From Camelus dromedarius (Eukaryota), in the NCBI RefSeq assembly GCF_036321535.1, contig NC_087436.1, positions 57,166,001 through 57,230,000 of the forward strand: a stretch of 64,000 nt of DNA. Reading direction: 5' to 3'. Of the stretch, positions 63,631 through 64,000 are shown piece by piece. Position 1 is the stretch's first letter, and every line of letters begins with the position of its first letter. Below the pieces are notes generated by a model. The model did not search any database. It was given only the letters and a program-made list of their open reading frames with translations, and was not told the origin of the DNA. Both the position numbers and the translations under genes were made by a program.

Positions 63631-64000
63631 AAAACTATCATTTCTTCTTCTTTTAGCACTTATTATGTTGCTTTATAATTATTTTTCACTTACCTGGCAC
63701 TTCTATCAAACTATGAATTGTGTTCTCCAGAGGTGTGATTGAGGAAAGATAGAAAAGGAGAAACAAAGAAATAGGAAGATGCATTTGTCTTACTAATTTA
63801 GTAAATATTTGCTGAGTGCCTTTTAGGTGTAAGGTTTCAGATGTGTTAAGTAACAACAGCGACAGTAACAACCACCACGACAAAATGACCCTGATTTCAG
63901 AGAATCTAGTTCAGCAGGACTAACTGGTAAATGAACTAAGAGGCAGCTAGTCCAAGTGCTGGCAGATGAAAATATATAGAGGATGTTTGGGGAGTGGAAC

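Noticed and set aside
1..64000. CRISPR arrays, operons or prokaryotic defence systems
   Set aside because: The sequence is mammalian repeat-rich DNA with no repeat-spacer arrays and no dense coding regions.

Overview
AT-rich, CpG-depleted mammalian genomic DNA, intronic or intergenic. Four tRNA-Ala-derived SINEs of the Vic-1 type, together with cetartiodactyl-type L1 3' ends, point to a camelid (alpaca, llama or camel); this is inference. Roughly 40% of the window (by eye) is transposable-element debris: L1s of several ages, L2, MIR, MaLR/ERV LTRs, MER5, MER81, a Tigger and a mariner remnant. The only long ORFs with recognisable homology are L1 ORF2 fragments and a mariner transposase remnant. 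I cannot identify any host protein-coding gene, and I see no convincing novel multi-gene system. The best-supported unusual items are two tailless 5' fragments of spliceosomal snRNAs (U6 nt 1-27 and U2 nt 1-35). They lie 3.6 kb apart on the same strand, each with target-site duplications (TSDs) and a TA microhomology. There is also a three-layer L1>LTR>SINE nest. More speculative leads are a cluster of co-oriented CTCF-like sites, a palindrome-dense unique segment, a CpG-retaining palindromic patch, an orphan AATAAA-poly(A) end, and chains of candidate exons on both strands. Repeat subfamily names come from recalled consensus sequences and need RepeatMasker/Dfam confirmation. Repeat boundaries without TSDs are approximate.
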